A program made the translations under genes and the position numbers. A DNA stretch of 64,000 nucleotides from the human T2T-CHM13v2.0 reference genome, Homo sapiens, in assembly GCF_009914755.1 (NCBI RefSeq), contig NC_060946.1; one strand, written 5' to 3'. Under the pieces are notes generated by a model that was given only the letters and a program-made list of their open reading frames with translations, did no database searches and was not told where the DNA came from. Below, one piece after another: positions 13,301 through 28,300 of this stretch (within the stretch, counting starts at the first letter, position 1; the number at the start of each line of letters is the position of its first letter).

Positions 13301-16300
13301 AATATCCACTTGCAGATTCTACAAAAAGAGTGTATCAAAACTGCTCTGTCAAAAGGAAGGTTCTTCTCTGTTAGTTGAGTACATACGTCATAAAGGAGTT
13401 TCTGAGAATGTTTCTGTTTAGTGGTTATGGGAAGATATTTGCTTTTTCACCTTAGGCCTCAGAGCGCTCCAAATATCCCCTTGCACATACTACAAAAAGA
13501 GTGCTTCAAAGCTGCTCTCTGAAACGGAATGTTCAACTCTATGAGTTGAATGCAAACATCACAAAGACGTTTCCGAGAATGCTTCTGTCTAGATTTGATA
13601 TGACGATATTCCCGTTTCCAACGAAATCTTCAAATCTATCCAAATGTCCACTTGCAGATTCAACAAAACGTGTTTTTCAGAACTGCTCTATCAAAAGAAA
13701 GATCCACCTCTGTTAGCTGAGTTCACACATCACAAACATGTTGATGAGAATGCTTCTGTCTAGTTTTTATTTGAAGATATTTCCTTTCTCACCATAGACC
13801 TGAAAGCTGTCCTAATGTTCACTTCCAGATACTACAGAAAGAGTGTTTCAAAACTGCTGTACGAAAGGGAATGTTCAACTCTGTGACTTGAATGCCCACA
13901 TCACAAAGAAGTTTCTGAGGATGCTGCTGTCTACTTTTTATACGTAATCCCGTTTCCAACGAAATCCTCCAAGCTATCCAAATATCCACTTGCAGATTCC
14001 ACAGAAAGACTGTTTCAAAACTGCTCTGTCAATAGAAAGGTTCAACTCTGTTAGCTGCGTGCATATATCCCAAAGAAGATTCTGAGATTGCTTCTGTCTA
14101 GTTTTTATGGGAAGATATTTCCCTTTTCACCGTAGGTGTCAAGGCGCTCCAAATGTCCACTTCCAGATACTACAAAAAGAGTGTTTCAAACCTACTCTGT
14201 GAAAGGGAATATTCAACTCTGTGACTTGAATGCAGATATCACAAAGAAGTTTCTGAGAATGCTTCTGTCGAGATTTTATATGAAGATATTCCCGTTTCCA
14301 ACGAAATCCTGAAATCTATCCAAATATCCCCTCGCAGATTCTACAAAAAGAGTGTTTCAAAACTGCTCTGTAAAAAGAAAGGTTCAACTCTGTTAGTTGA
14401 GTACACACATCACAAACAAGTTTCACAGAATGCTTCTTTCTAGCTTGTAGGGGAAGATATTCCCTTTATCACCATGGGCCTCAAACCGTCCGAAACGTCT
14501 ACTTCCATATACTACAAAAAGAGCGTTTCAAACCTGCTCTAGGAAAGGCAATGTTCAACTCTGTGACTTGAATGCAGACATCACAGAGCAGTTTCTGAGA
14601 ATGCTTCTGTCTAGATTTTATAGGAAGATATTCCCGTTTCCAACGAAATCTTCACAGCTATCCAAATATCCACTTGCAGATTCTACAAAAAGAGTGTATC
14701 AAAACTGCTCTGTCAAAAGGAAGGTTCTTCTCTGTTAGTTGAGTACATACGTCATAAAGGAGTTTCTGAGAATGTTTCTGTTTAGTGGTTATGGGAAGAT
14801 ATTTGCTTTTTCACCTTAGGCCTCAGAGCGCTCAAAATATCCCCTTGCACATACTACAAAAAGAGTGCTTCAAAGCTGCTCTCTGAAACGGAATGTTCAA
14901 CTCTATGAGTTGAATGCAAACATGACAAAGACGTTTCCGAGAATGCTTCTGTCTAGATTTGATATGACGATATTCCCGTTTCCAACGAAATCTTCAAATC
15001 TATCCAAATGTCCACTTGCAGATTCAACAAAACGTGTTTTTCAGAACTGCTCTATCAAAAGAAAGATCCACCTCTGTTACCTGAGTTCACACATCACAAA
15101 CAAGTTTATGAGAATGCTTCTGTCTAGTTTTTATTTGAAGATATTTCCTTTCTCACCATAGACCTGAAAGCTGTCCTAATGTTCACTTCCAGATACTACA
15201 GAAAGAGTGTTTCAAAACTGCTGTACGAAAGGGAATGTTCAACTCTGTGACTTGAATGCACACATCACAAAGAAGTTTCTGAGGATGCTGCTGTCTACTT
15301 TTTATACGTAATCCCGTTTCCAACGAAATCCTCCAAGCTATCCAAATATCCACTTGCAGATTCCACAGAAAGACTGTTTCAAAACTGCTCTGTCAATAGA
15401 AAGGTTCAACTCTGTTAGCTGCGTGCATATATCCCAAAGAAGATTCTGAGATTGCTTCTGTCTACTTTTTATGAGAAGATATTTCCCTTTTCACCGTAGG
15501 CGTCAAGGCGCTCCAAATGTCCACTTCCAGATACTACAAAAAGAGTGTTTCAAACCTACTCTGTGAAAGGGAATATTCAACTCTGTGACTTGAATGCAGA
15601 TATCACAAAGAAGTTTCTGAGAATGCTTCTGTCGAGATTTTATATGAAGATATTCCCGTTTCCAACGAAATCCTGAAATCTATCCAAATATCCCCTCGCA
15701 GATTCTACAAAAAGAGTGTTTCAAAACTGCTCTGTAAAAAGAAAGGTTCAACTCTGTTAGTTGAGTACACATATCACAAACAAGTTTCACAGAATGCTTC
15801 TTTCTAGCTTGTAGGGGAAGATATTCCCTTTATCACCATGGGCCTCAAACCGTCCGAAACGTCCACTTCCATATACTACAAAAAGAGCGTTTCAAACCTG
15901 CTCCATGAAAGGCAATGTTCAACTCTGTGACTTGAATGCAGACATCACAGAGCAGTTTCTGAGAATGCTTCTGTCTAGATTTTATAGGAAGATATTCCCG
16001 TTTCCAATGAAATCTTCACAGCTATCCAAATATCCACTTGCAGATTCTACAAAAAGAGTGTATCAAAACTGCTCTGTCAAAAGGAAGGTTCTTCTCTGTT
16101 AGTTGAGTACAAACGTCATAAAGGAGTTTCTGAGAATGTTTCTGTTTAGTGGTTATGGGAAGATATTTGCTTTTTCACCTTAGGCCTCAGAGCGCTCCAA
16201 ATATCCCCTTGCACATACTACAAAAAGAGTGCTTCAAAGCTGCTCTCTGAAACGGAATGTTCAACTCTATGAGTTGAATGCAAACATGACAAAGACGTTT

Positions 16301-19300
16301 CCGAGAATGCTTCTGTCTAGATTTGATATGACGATATTCCCGTTTCCAACGAAATCTTCAAATCTATCCAAATGTCCACTTGCAGATTCAAAAAAACGTG
16401 TTTTTCAGAACTGCTCTATCAAAAGAAAGATCCACGTCTGTTAGCTGAGTTCACACATCACAAACAAGTTTATGAGAATGCTTCTGTCTAGTTTTTATTT
16501 GAAGATATTTCCTTTCTCACCATAGACCTGAAAGCTGTCCTAATGTTCACTTCCAGATACTACAGAAAGAGTGTTTCAAAACTGCTGTACGAAAGGGAAT
16601 GTTCAACTCTGTGACTTGAATGCACACATCACAAAGAAGTTTCTGAGGATGCTGCTGTCTACTTTTTATACGTAATCCCGTTTCCAACGAAATCCTCCAA
16701 GCTATCCAAATATCCACTTGCAGATTCCACAGAAAGACTGTTTCAAAACTGCTCTGTCAATAGAAAGGTTCAACTCTGTTAGCTGCGTGCATATATCCCA
16801 AAGAAGATTCTGAGATTGCTTCTGTCTACTTTTTATGAGAAGATATTTCCCTTTTCACCGTAGGCGTCAAGGCGCTCCAAATGTCCACTTCCAGATACTA
16901 CAAAAAGAGTGTTTCAAACCTACTCTGTGAAAGGGAATATTCAACTCTGTGACTTGAATGCACATATCACAAAGAAGTTTCTGAGAATGCTTCTGTCGAG
17001 ATTTTATATGAAGATATTCCCGTTTCCAACGAAATCCTGAAATCTATCCAAATATCCCCTCGCAGATTCTACAAAAAGAGTGTTTCAAAACTGCTCTGTA
17101 AAAAGAAAGGTTCAACTCTATTAGTTGAGTACACACATCACAAACAAGTTTCACAGAATGCTTCTTTCTAGCTTGTAGGGGAAGATATTCCCTTTATCAC
17201 CATGGGCCTCAAACCGTCCGAAACGTCCACTTCCATATACTACAAAAAGAGCGTTTCAAACCTGCTCTAGGAAAGGCAATGTTCAACTCTGTGACTTGAA
17301 TGCAGACATCACAGAGCAGTTTCTGAGAATGCTTCTGTCTAGATTTTATAGGAAGATATTCCCGTTTCCAACGAAATCTTCACAGCTATCCAAATATCCA
17401 CTTGCAGTTTCTACAAAAAGAGTGTATCAAAACTGCTCTGTCAAAAGGAAGGTTCTTCTCTGTTAGTTGAGTACATACGTCATAAAGGAGTTTCTGAGAA
17501 TGTTTCTGTCTAGTGGTTATGGGAAGATATTTGCTTTTTCACCGTAGGCCTCAGAGCGCTCCAAATATTCCCTTGCACATACTACAAAAAGAGTGCTTCA
17601 AAGCTGCTCTCTGAAACGGAATGTTCAACTCTATGAGTTGAATGCAAACATGACAAAGACGTTTCCGAGAATGCTTCTGTCTAGATTTGATATGACGATA
17701 TTCCCGTTTCCAACGAAATCTTCAAATCTATCCAAATGTCCACTTGCAGATTCAACAAAACGTGTTTTTCAGAACTGCTCTATCAAAAGAATGATCCACC
17801 TCTGTTAGCTGAGTTCACACATCACAAACAAGTTTATGAGAATGCTTCTGTCTAGTTTTTATTTGAAGATATTTCCTTTCTCACCATAGACCTGAAAGCT
17901 GTCCTAATGTTCACTTCCAGATACTACAGAAAGAGTGTTTCAAAACTGCTGTACGAAAGGGAATGTTCAACTCTGTGACTTGAATGCACACATCACAAAG
18001 AAGTTTCTGAGGATGCTGCTGTCTACTTTTTATACGTAATCCCGTTTCCAACGAAATCCTCCAAGCTATCCAAATATCCACTTGCAGATTCCACAGAAAG
18101 ACTGTTTCAAAACTGCTCTGTCAATAGAAAGGTTCAACTCTGTTAGCTGCGTGCATATATCCCAAAGAAGATTCTGAGATTGCTTCTGTCTACTTTTTAT
18201 GAGAAGATATTTCCCTTTTCACCGTAGGCGTCAAGGCGCTCCAAATGTCTACTTCCAGATACTACAAAAAGAGTGTTTCAAACCTACTCAGTGAAAGGGA
18301 ATATTCAACTCTGTGACTTGAATGCAGATATCACAAAGAAGTTTCTGAGAATGCTTCTGTCGAGATTTTATATGAAGATACTCCCGTTTCCAACGAAATC
18401 CTGAAATCTATCCAAATATCCCCTCGCAGATTCTACAAAAAGAGTGTTTCAAAACTGCACTGTAAAAAGAAAGGTTCAACTCTGTTAGTTGAGTACACAC
18501 ATCACAAACAAGTTTCACAGAATGCTACTTTCTAGCTTGTAGGGAAAGATATTCCCTTTATCACCATGGGCCTCAAACCGTCCGAAACGTCCACTTCCAT
18601 ATACTACAAAAAGAGCGTTTCAAACCTGCTCTAGGAAAAGCAATGTTCAACTCTATGACTTGAATGCAGACATCACAGAGCAGTTTCTGAGAATGCTTCT
18701 GTCTAGATTTTATAGGAAGATATTCCCGTTTCCAACGAAATCTTCACAGCTATCCAAATATCCACTTGCAGATTGTACAAAAAGAGTGTATCAAAACTGC
18801 TCTGTCAAAAGGAAGGTTCTTCACTGTTAGTTGAGTACATACGTCATAAAGGAGTTTCTGAGAATGTTTCTGTCTAGTGGTTATGGGAAGATATTTGCTT
18901 TTTCACCGTAGGCCTCACAGCGCTCCAAATATCCCCTTGCACATACTACAAAAAGAGTGCTTCAAAGCTGCTCTCTGAAACGGAATGTTCAACTCTATGA
19001 GTTGAATGCAAACATGACAAAGACGTTTCCGAGAATGCTTCTGTCTAGATTTGATATGACGATATTCCCGTTTCCAACGAAATCTTCAAATCTATCCAAA
19101 TGTCCACTTGCAGATTCAACAAAACGTGTTTTTCAGAACTGCTCTATCAAAAGAAAGATCCACCTCTGTTAGCTGAGTTCACACATCACAAACAAGTTTA
19201 TGAGAATGCTTCTGTCTAGTTTTTATTTGAAGATATTTCCTTTCTCACCATAGACCTGAAAGCTGTCCTAATGTTCACTTCCAGATACTACAGAAAGAGT

Positions 19301-22300
19301 GTTTAAAAACTGCTGTACGAAAGGGAATGTTCAACTCTGTGACTTGAATGCACACATCACAAAGAAGTTTCTGAGGATGCTGCTGTCTACTTTTTATACG
19401 TAATCCCGTTTCCAACGAAATCCTCCAAGCTATCCAAATATCCACTTGCAGATTCCACAGAAAGACTGTTTCAAAACTGCTCTGTCAATAGAAAGGTTCA
19501 ACTCTGTTAGCTGCGTGCATATATCCCAAAGAAGATTCTGAGATTGCTTCTGTCTACTTTTTATGAGAAGATATTTCCCTTTTCACCGTAGGCGTCAAGG
19601 CGCTCCAAATGTCTACTTCCAGATACTACAAAAAGAGTGTTTCAAACCTACTCAGTGAAAGGGAATATTCAACTCTGTGACTTGAATGCAGATATCACAA
19701 AGAAGTTTCTGAGAATGCTTCTGTCGAGATTTTATATGAAGATACTCCCGTTTCCAACGAAATCCTGAAATCTATCCAAATATCCCCTCGCAGATTCTAC
19801 AAAAAGAGTGTTTCAAAACTGCACTGTAAAAAGAAAGGTTCAACTCTGTTAGTTGAGTACACACATCACAAACAAGTTTCACAGAATGCTTCTTTCTAGC
19901 TTGTAGGGAAAGATATTCCCTTTATCACCATGGGCCTCAAACCGTCCGAAACGTCCACTTCCATATACTACAAAAAGAGCGTTTCAAACCTGCTCTAGGA
20001 AAAGCAATGTTCAACTCTATGACTTGAATGCAGACATCACAGAGCAGTTTCTGAGAATGCTTCTGTCTAGATTTTATAGGAAGATATTCCCGTTTCCAAC
20101 GAAATCTTCACAGCTATCCAAATATCCACTTGCAGATTCTACAAAAAGAGTGTATCAAAACTGCTCTGTCAAAAGGAAGGTTCTTCTCTGTTAGTTGAGT
20201 ACATACGTCATAAAGGAGTTTCTGAGAATGTTTCTGTCTAGTGGTTATGGGAAGATATTTGCTTTTTCACCGTAGGCCTCAGTGCGCTCCAAATATCCAC
20301 TTGCACATACTACAAAAAGAGTGCCTCAAAGCTGCTCTCTGAAACGGAATGTTCAACTCTATGAGTTGAATGCAAACATCACAAAGACGTTTCTGAGAAT
20401 GCTTCTGTCTAGACTTGATATGAAGATATTCCCGTTTCCAACGAAATCTTCAAATCTATCCAAATGTCCACTTGCAGATTCAACAAAAAGTGTTTTTCAG
20501 AACTGCTCTATCAAAAGAAAGATCCACCTCTGTTAGCTGAGTTCACACATCACAAACAAGTTGATGAGAATGCTTCTGTCTAGTTTTTATTTGAAGATAT
20601 TGCCTTTCTCACCATAGACCTGAAAGCTGTCCTAATGTTCACTTCCAGATACTACAGAAAGAGTGTTTCAAAACTGCTGTACGAAAGGGAATGTTCAACT
20701 CTGTGACTTGAATGCACACATCACAAAGAAGTTTCTGAGGATGCTGCTGTCTACTTTTTATACGTAATCCCGTTTCCAACGAAATCCTCCAATCTATCCA
20801 AATATCCACTTGCAGATTCCACAGAAAGACTGTTTCAAAACTGCTCTGTCAATAGAAAGGTTCAACTCTGTTAGCTGCGTGCATATATCCCAAAGAAGAT
20901 TCTGAGATTGCTTCTGTCTACTTTTTATGAGAAGATATTTCCCTTTTCACCGTAGGCGTCAAGGCGCTCCAAATGTCCACTTCCAGATACTACAAAAAGA
21001 GTGTTTCAAACCTACTCTGTGAAAGGGAATATTCAACTCTGTGACTTGAATGCACATATCACAAAGAAGTTTCTGAGAATGCTTCTGTCGAGATTTTCAA
21101 TGAAGATATTCCAGTTTCCAACGAAATCCTGAAATCTATCCAAATATCCCCTCGCAGATTCTACAAAAAGAGTGTTTCAAAACTGCTCTGTAAAAAGAAA
21201 GGTTCAACTCTGTTAGTTGAGTACACACATCACAAACAAGTTTCACAGAATGCTTCTTTCTAGCTTGTAGGGGAAGATATTCCCTTTATCACCATGGGCC
21301 TCAAACCGTCCGAAACGTCCACTTCCATATACTACAAAAAGAGCGTTTCAAACCTGCTCTAGGAAAAGCAATGTTCAACTCCGTGACTTGAATGCAGACA
21401 TCACAGAACAGTTTCTGAGAATGCTTCTGTCTAGATTTTATAGGAAGATATTCCCGTTTCCAACGAAATCTTCATAGCTATCCAAATATCCACTTGCAGA
21501 TTCTACAAAAAGAGTGTATCAAAACTGCTCTGTCAAAAGGAAGGTTCTTCTCTGTTAGGTGAGTGCATACGTCATAAAGGAGTTTCTGAGAATGTTTCTG
21601 TCTAGTGGTTATGGGAAGATATTTGCTTTTTCACCGTAGGCCTCACAGCGCACCAAATATCCACTTGCACATACTACAAAAAGAGTGCCTCAAAGCTGCT
21701 CTCTGAAACGGAATGTTCAACTCTATGAGTTGAATGCAAACATCACAAAGACGTTTCTGAGAATGCTTCTGTCTAGATTTGATATAAAGATATTCCCGTT
21801 TCCAACGAAATCTTCAAATCTATCCAAATGTCCACTTGCAGATTCAACAAAAAGTGTTTTTCCGAACTACTCTATCAAAAGAAAGATCCACCTCTGTTAG
21901 CTGAGTTCACACATCACAAACAAGTTTATGAGAATGCTTCTGTCTAGTTTTTATTTGAAGATATTTCCTTTCTCACCATAGACCTGAAAGCTGTCCTAAT
22001 GTTCACTTCCAGATACTACAGAAAGAGTGTTTCGAAACTGCTGTACGAAAGGGAATATTCAACTCTGTGACTTGAATGCACACATCACAAAGAAGTTTCT
22101 GAGGATGCTGCTGTCTACTTTTTATACGTAATCCCGTTTCCAACGAAATCCTCCAAGCTATCCAAATATCCACTTGCAGATTCCACAGAAAGACTGTTTC
22201 AAAACTGCTCTGTCAATAGAAAGGTTCAACTCTGTTAGCTGCGTGCATATATCCCAAAGAAGATTCTGAGATTGCTTCTGTCTAGTTTTTATGGGAAAAT

Positions 22301-25300
22301 ATTTCCCTTTTCACCGTAGGCGTCAAGGCGCTCCAAATGTCCACTTCCAGATACTACAAAAAGAGTGTTTCAAACCTACTCTGTGAGAGGGAATATTCAA
22401 CTCTGTGACTTGAATGCACATATCACAAAGAAGTTTCTGAGAATGCTTCTGTCGAGATTTTATATGAAGATATTCCCGTTTCCAACGAAATCTTGAAATC
22501 TATCCAAATATCCCCTCGCAGATTCTACAAAAAGAGTGTTTCAAAACTGCTCTGTAAAAAGAAAGGTTCAACTCTGTTAGTTGAGTACACACATCACAAA
22601 CAAGTTTCACAGAATGCTTCTTTCTAGCTTGTAGGGGAAGATATTCCCTTTATCACCATGGGCCTGAAACCGTCCGAAACGTCTACTTCCATATACTACA
22701 AAAAGAGCGTTTCAAACCTGCTCTATGAAAGGCAATGTTCAACTCTGTGACTTGAATGCAGACATCACAGAGCAGTTTCTGAGAATGCTTCTGTCTAGAT
22801 TTTATAGGAAGATATTCCCGTTTCCAACGAAATCTTCACAGCTATCCAAATATCCACTTGCAGATTCTACAAAAAGAGTGTATCAAAACTGCTCTGTCAA
22901 AAGGAAGGTTCTTTTCTGTTAGTTTAGTACATACGTCATAAAGGAGTTTCTGAGAATGTTTCTGTTTAGTGGTTATGGGAAGATATTTGCTTTTTCACCT
23001 TAGGCCTCAGAGCGCTCCAAATATCCCCTTGCACATACTACAAAAAGAGTGCTTCAAAGCTGCTCTCTGAAACGGAATGTTCAACTCCATGAGTTGAATG
23101 CAAACATGACAAAGACGTTTCCGAGAATGCTTCTGTCTAGATTTGATATGACGATATTCCCGTTTCCAACGAAATCTTCAAATCTATCCAAATGTCCACT
23201 TGCAGATTCAACAAAACGTGTTTTTCAGAACTGCTCTCTCAAAAGAAAGATCCACCTCTGTTAGCTGAGTTCACACATCACAAACAAGTTTATGAGAATG
23301 CTTCTGTCTAGTTTTTATTTGAAGATATTTCCTTTCTCACCATAGACCTGAAAGCTGTCCTAATGTTCACTTCCAGATACTACAGAAAGAGTGTTTCAAA
23401 ACTGCTGTACGAAAGGGAATGTTCAGCTCTGTGACTTGAATGCACACATCACAAAGAAGTTTCTGAGGATGCTGCTGTCTACTTTTTATACGTAATCCCG
23501 TTTCCAACGAAATCCTCCAAGCTATCGAAATATCCACTTGCAGATTCCACAGAAAGACTGTTTCAAAACTGCTCTGTCAATAGAAAGGTTCAACTCTGTT
23601 AGCTGCGTGCATATATCCCAAAGAAGATTCTGAGATTGCTTCTGTCTACTTTTTATGAGAAGATATTTCCCTTTTCACTGTAGGCGTCAAGGCGCTCCAA
23701 ATGTCCACTTCCAGATACTACAAAAAGAGTGTTTCAAACCTACTCTGTGAAAGGGAATATTCAACTCTGTGACTTGAATGCAGATATCACAAAGAAGTTT
23801 CTGAGAATGCTTCTGTCGAGATTTTATATGAAGATACTCCCGTTTCCAACGAAATCCTGAAATCTATCCAAATATCCCCTCGCAGATTCTACAAAAAGAG
23901 TGTTTCAAAACTGCTCTGTAAAAAGAAAGGTTCAACTCTGTTAGTTGAGTACACACATCACAAACAAGTTTCACAGAATGCTTCTTTCTAGCTTGTAGGG
24001 AAAGATATTCCCTTTATCACCATGGGCCTCAAACCGTCCGAAACGTCCACATCCATATACTACAAAAAGAGCGTTTCAAACCTGCTGTAGGAAAAGCAAT
24101 GTTCAACTCTGTGACTTGAATGCAGACATCACAGAGCAGTTTCTGAGAATGCTTCTGTCTAGATTTTATAGGAAGATATTCCCGTTTCCAACGAAATCTT
24201 CACAGCTATCCAAATATCCACTTGCAGATTCTACAAAAAGAGTGTATCAAAACTGCTCTGTCAAAAGGAAGGTTCTTCTCTGTTAGTTGAGTACATACGT
24301 CATAAAGGAGTTTCTGAGAATGTTTCTGTCTAGTGGTTATGGGAAGATATTTGCTTTTTCACCGTTGGCCTCACAGCGCACTAAATATCCACTTGCACAT
24401 ACTACAAAAAGAGTGCCTCAAAGCTGATCTCTGAAACGGAATGTTCAACTCTATGAGTTGAATGCAAACATCACAAAGACGTTTCTGAGAATGCTTCTGT
24501 CTAGATTTGATATAAAGATATTCCCGTTTCCAACGAAATCTTCAAATCTATCCAAATGTCCACTTGCAGATTCAACAAAAAGTGTTTTTCCGAACTGCTC
24601 TATCAAAAGAAAGATCCACCTCTGTTAGCTGAGTTCACACATCACAAACAAGTTTATGAGAATGCTTCTGTCTAGTTTTTATTTGAAGATATTTCCTTTC
24701 TCACCATAGACCTGAAAGCTGTCCTAATGTTCACTTCCAGATGCTACAGAAAGAGTGTTTCAAAACTGCTGTACGAAAGGGAATATTCAACTCTGTGACT
24801 TGAATGCACACATCACAAAGAAGTTTCTGAGGATGCTGCTGTCTACTTTTTATACGTAATCCCGTTTCCAACGAAATCCTCCAAGCTATCCAAATATCCA
24901 CTTGCAGATTCCACAGAAAGACTGTTTCAAAACTGCTCTGTCAATAGAAAGGTTCAACTCTGTTAGCTGCGTGCATATATCCCAAAGAAGATTCTGAGAT
25001 TGCTTCTGTCTAGTTTTTATGGGAAGATATTTCCCTTTTCACCGTAGGCGTCAAGGCGCTCCAAATGTCCACTTCCAGATACTACAAAAAGAGTGTTTCA
25101 AACCTACTCGGTGAAAGGGAATATTCAACTCTGTGACTTGAATGCACATATCACAAAGAAGTTTCTGAGAATGCTTCTGTCGAGATTTTATATGAAGATA
25201 TTCCCGTTTCCAACGAAATCCTGAAATCTATCCAAATATCCCCTCGCAGATTCTACAAAAAGAGTGTTTCAAAACTGCTCTGTAAAAAGAAAGGTTCAAC

Positions 25301-28300
25301 TCTGTTAGTTGAGTACACACATCACAAACAAGTTTCACAGAATGCTTCTTTCTAGCTTGTAGGGAAAGATATTCCCTTTATCACCATGGGCCTCAAACCG
25401 TCCGAAACGTCCACTTCCATATACTACAAAAAGAGCGTTTCAAACCTGCTCTAGGAAAAGCAATGTTCAACTCTGTGACTTGAATGCAGACATCACAGAG
25501 CAGTTTCTGAGAATGCTTCTGTCTAGATTTTATAGGAAGATATTCCCGTTTCCAACGAAATCTTCACAGCTATCCAAATATCCACTTGCAGATTCTACAA
25601 AAAGAGTGTATCAAAACTGCTCTGTCAAAAGGAAGGTTCTTCTCTGTTAGTTGAGTACATACGTCATAAAGGAGTTTCTGAGAATGTTTCTGTCTAGTGG
25701 TTATGGGAAGATATTTGCTTTTTCACCGTTGGCCTCACAGCGCACCAAATATCCACTTGCACATACTACAAAAAGAGTGCCTCAAAGCTGCTCTCTGAAA
25801 CGGAATGTTCAACTGTATGAGTTGAATGCAAACATCACAAAGACGTTTCTGAGAATGCTTCTGTCTAGATTTGATATAAAGATATTCCCGTTTCCAACGA
25901 AATCTTCAAATCTATCCAAATGTCCACTTGCAGATTCAACAAAAAGTGTTTTTCAGAACTGCTCTATCAAAAGAAAGATCCACCTCTGTTAGCTGAGTTC
26001 ACACATCACAAACAAGTTTATGAGAATGCTTCTGTCTAGTTTTTATTTGAAGATATTTCCTTTCTCACCATAGACCTGAAAGCTGTTCTAATGTTCACTT
26101 CCAGATGCTACAGAAAGAGTGTTTCAAAACTGCTGTACGAAAGGGAATATTCAACTCTGTGACTTGAATGCACACATCACAAAGAAGTTTCTGAGGATGC
26201 TGCTGTCTACCTTTTATACGTAATCCCGTTTCCAACGAAATCCTCCAAGCTATCCAAATATCCACTTGCAGATTCCACAGAAAGACTGTTTCAAAACTGC
26301 TCTGTCAATAGAAAGGTTCAACTCTGTTAGCTGCGTGCATATATCCCAAAGAAGATTCTGAGATTGCTTCTGTCTAGTTTTTATGGGAAGATATTTCCCT
26401 TTTCACCGTAGGCGTCAAGGCGCTCCAAATGTCCACTTCCAGATACTACAAAAAGAGTGTTTCAAACCTACTCTGTGAAAGGGAATATTCAACTCTGTGA
26501 CTTGAATGCACATATCACAAAGAAGTTTCTGAGAATGCTTCTGTCGAGATTTTATATGAAGATATTCCCGTTTCCAACGAAATCCTGAAATCTATCCAAA
26601 TATCCCCTCGCAGATTCTACAAAAAGAGTGTTTCAAAACTGCTCTGTAAAAAGAAAGGTTCAACTCTGTTAGTTGAGTACACACATCACAAACAAGTTTC
26701 ACAGAATGCTTCTTTCTAGCTTGTAGGGGAAGATATTCCCTTTATCACCATGGGCCTGAAACCGTCCGAAACGTCTACTTCCATATACTACAAAAAGAGC
26801 GTTTCAAACCTGCTCTATGAAAGGCAATGTTCAACTCTGTGACTTGAATGCAGACATCACAGAGCAGTTTCTGAGAATGCTTCTGTCTAGATTTTATAGG
26901 AAGATATTCCCGTTTCCAACGAAATCTTCACAGCTATCCAAATATCCACTTGCAGATTCTACAAAAAGAGTGTATCAAAACTGCTCTGTCAAAAGGAAGG
27001 TTCTTCTCTGTTAGTTGAGTACATACGTCATAAAGGAGTTTCTGAGAATGTTTCTGTCTAGTGGTTATGGGAAGATATTTGCTTTTTCACCTTAGGACTC
27101 AGAGCGCTCCAAATATCCCCTTGCACATACTACAAAAAGAGTGCTTCAAAGCTGCTCTCTGAAACGGAATGTTCAACTCTATGAGTTGAATGCAAACATC
27201 ACAAAGACGTTTCTGAGAATGCTTCTGTCTAGATTTGATATGACGATATTCCCGTTTCCAACGAAATCTTCAAATCTATCCAAATGTCCACTTGCAGATT
27301 CAACAAAACGTGTTTTTCAGAACTGCTCTATCAAAAGAAAGATCCACGTCTGTTAGCTGAGTTCACACATCACAAACAAGTTTATGAGAATGCTTCTGTC
27401 TAGTTGTTATTTGAAGATATTTCCTTTCTCACCATAGACCTGAAAGCTGTCCTAATGTTCACTTCCAGATACTACAGAAAGAGTGTTTCAAAACTGCTGT
27501 ACGAAAGGGAATGTTCAACTCTGTGACTTGAATGCACACATCACAAAGAAGTTTCTGAGGATGCTGCTGTCTACTTTTTATACGTAATCCCGTTTCCAAC
27601 GAAATCCTCCAATCTATCCAAATATCCACTTGCAGATTCCACAGAAAGACTGTTTCAAAACTGCTCTGTCAATAGAAAGGTTCAACTCTGTTAGCTGCGT
27701 GCATATATCCCAAAGAAGATTCTGAGATTGCTTCTGTCTAGTTTTTATGGGAAGATATTTCCCTTTTCACCGTAGGCGTCAAGGCGCTCCAAATGTCCAC
27801 TTCCAGATACTAAAAAAAGAGTGTTTCAAACCTACTCTGTGAAAGGGAATATTCAACTCTGTGACTTGAATGCACATATCACAAAGAAGTTTCTGAGAAT
27901 ACTTCTGTCGAGATTTTATATGAAGATATTCCCGTTTCCAACGAAATCCTGAAATCTATCCAAATATCCCCTCGCAGATTCTACAAAAAGAGTGTTTCAA
28001 AACTGCTCTGTAAAAAGAAAGGTTCAACTCTGTTAGTTGAGTACACACATCACAAACAAGTTTCACAGAATGCTTCTTTCTAGCTTGTAGGGGAAGATAT
28101 TCCCTTTATCACCATGGGCCTCAAACCGTCCGAAACATCCACTTCCATATACTACAAAAAGAGCGTTTCAAACCTGCTCTATGAAAGGCAATGTTCAACT
28201 CTGTGACTTGAATGCAGACATCACAGAGCAGTTTCTGAGAATGCTTCTGTCTAGATTTTATAGGAAGATATTCCCGTTTCCAACGAAATCTTCACAGCTA

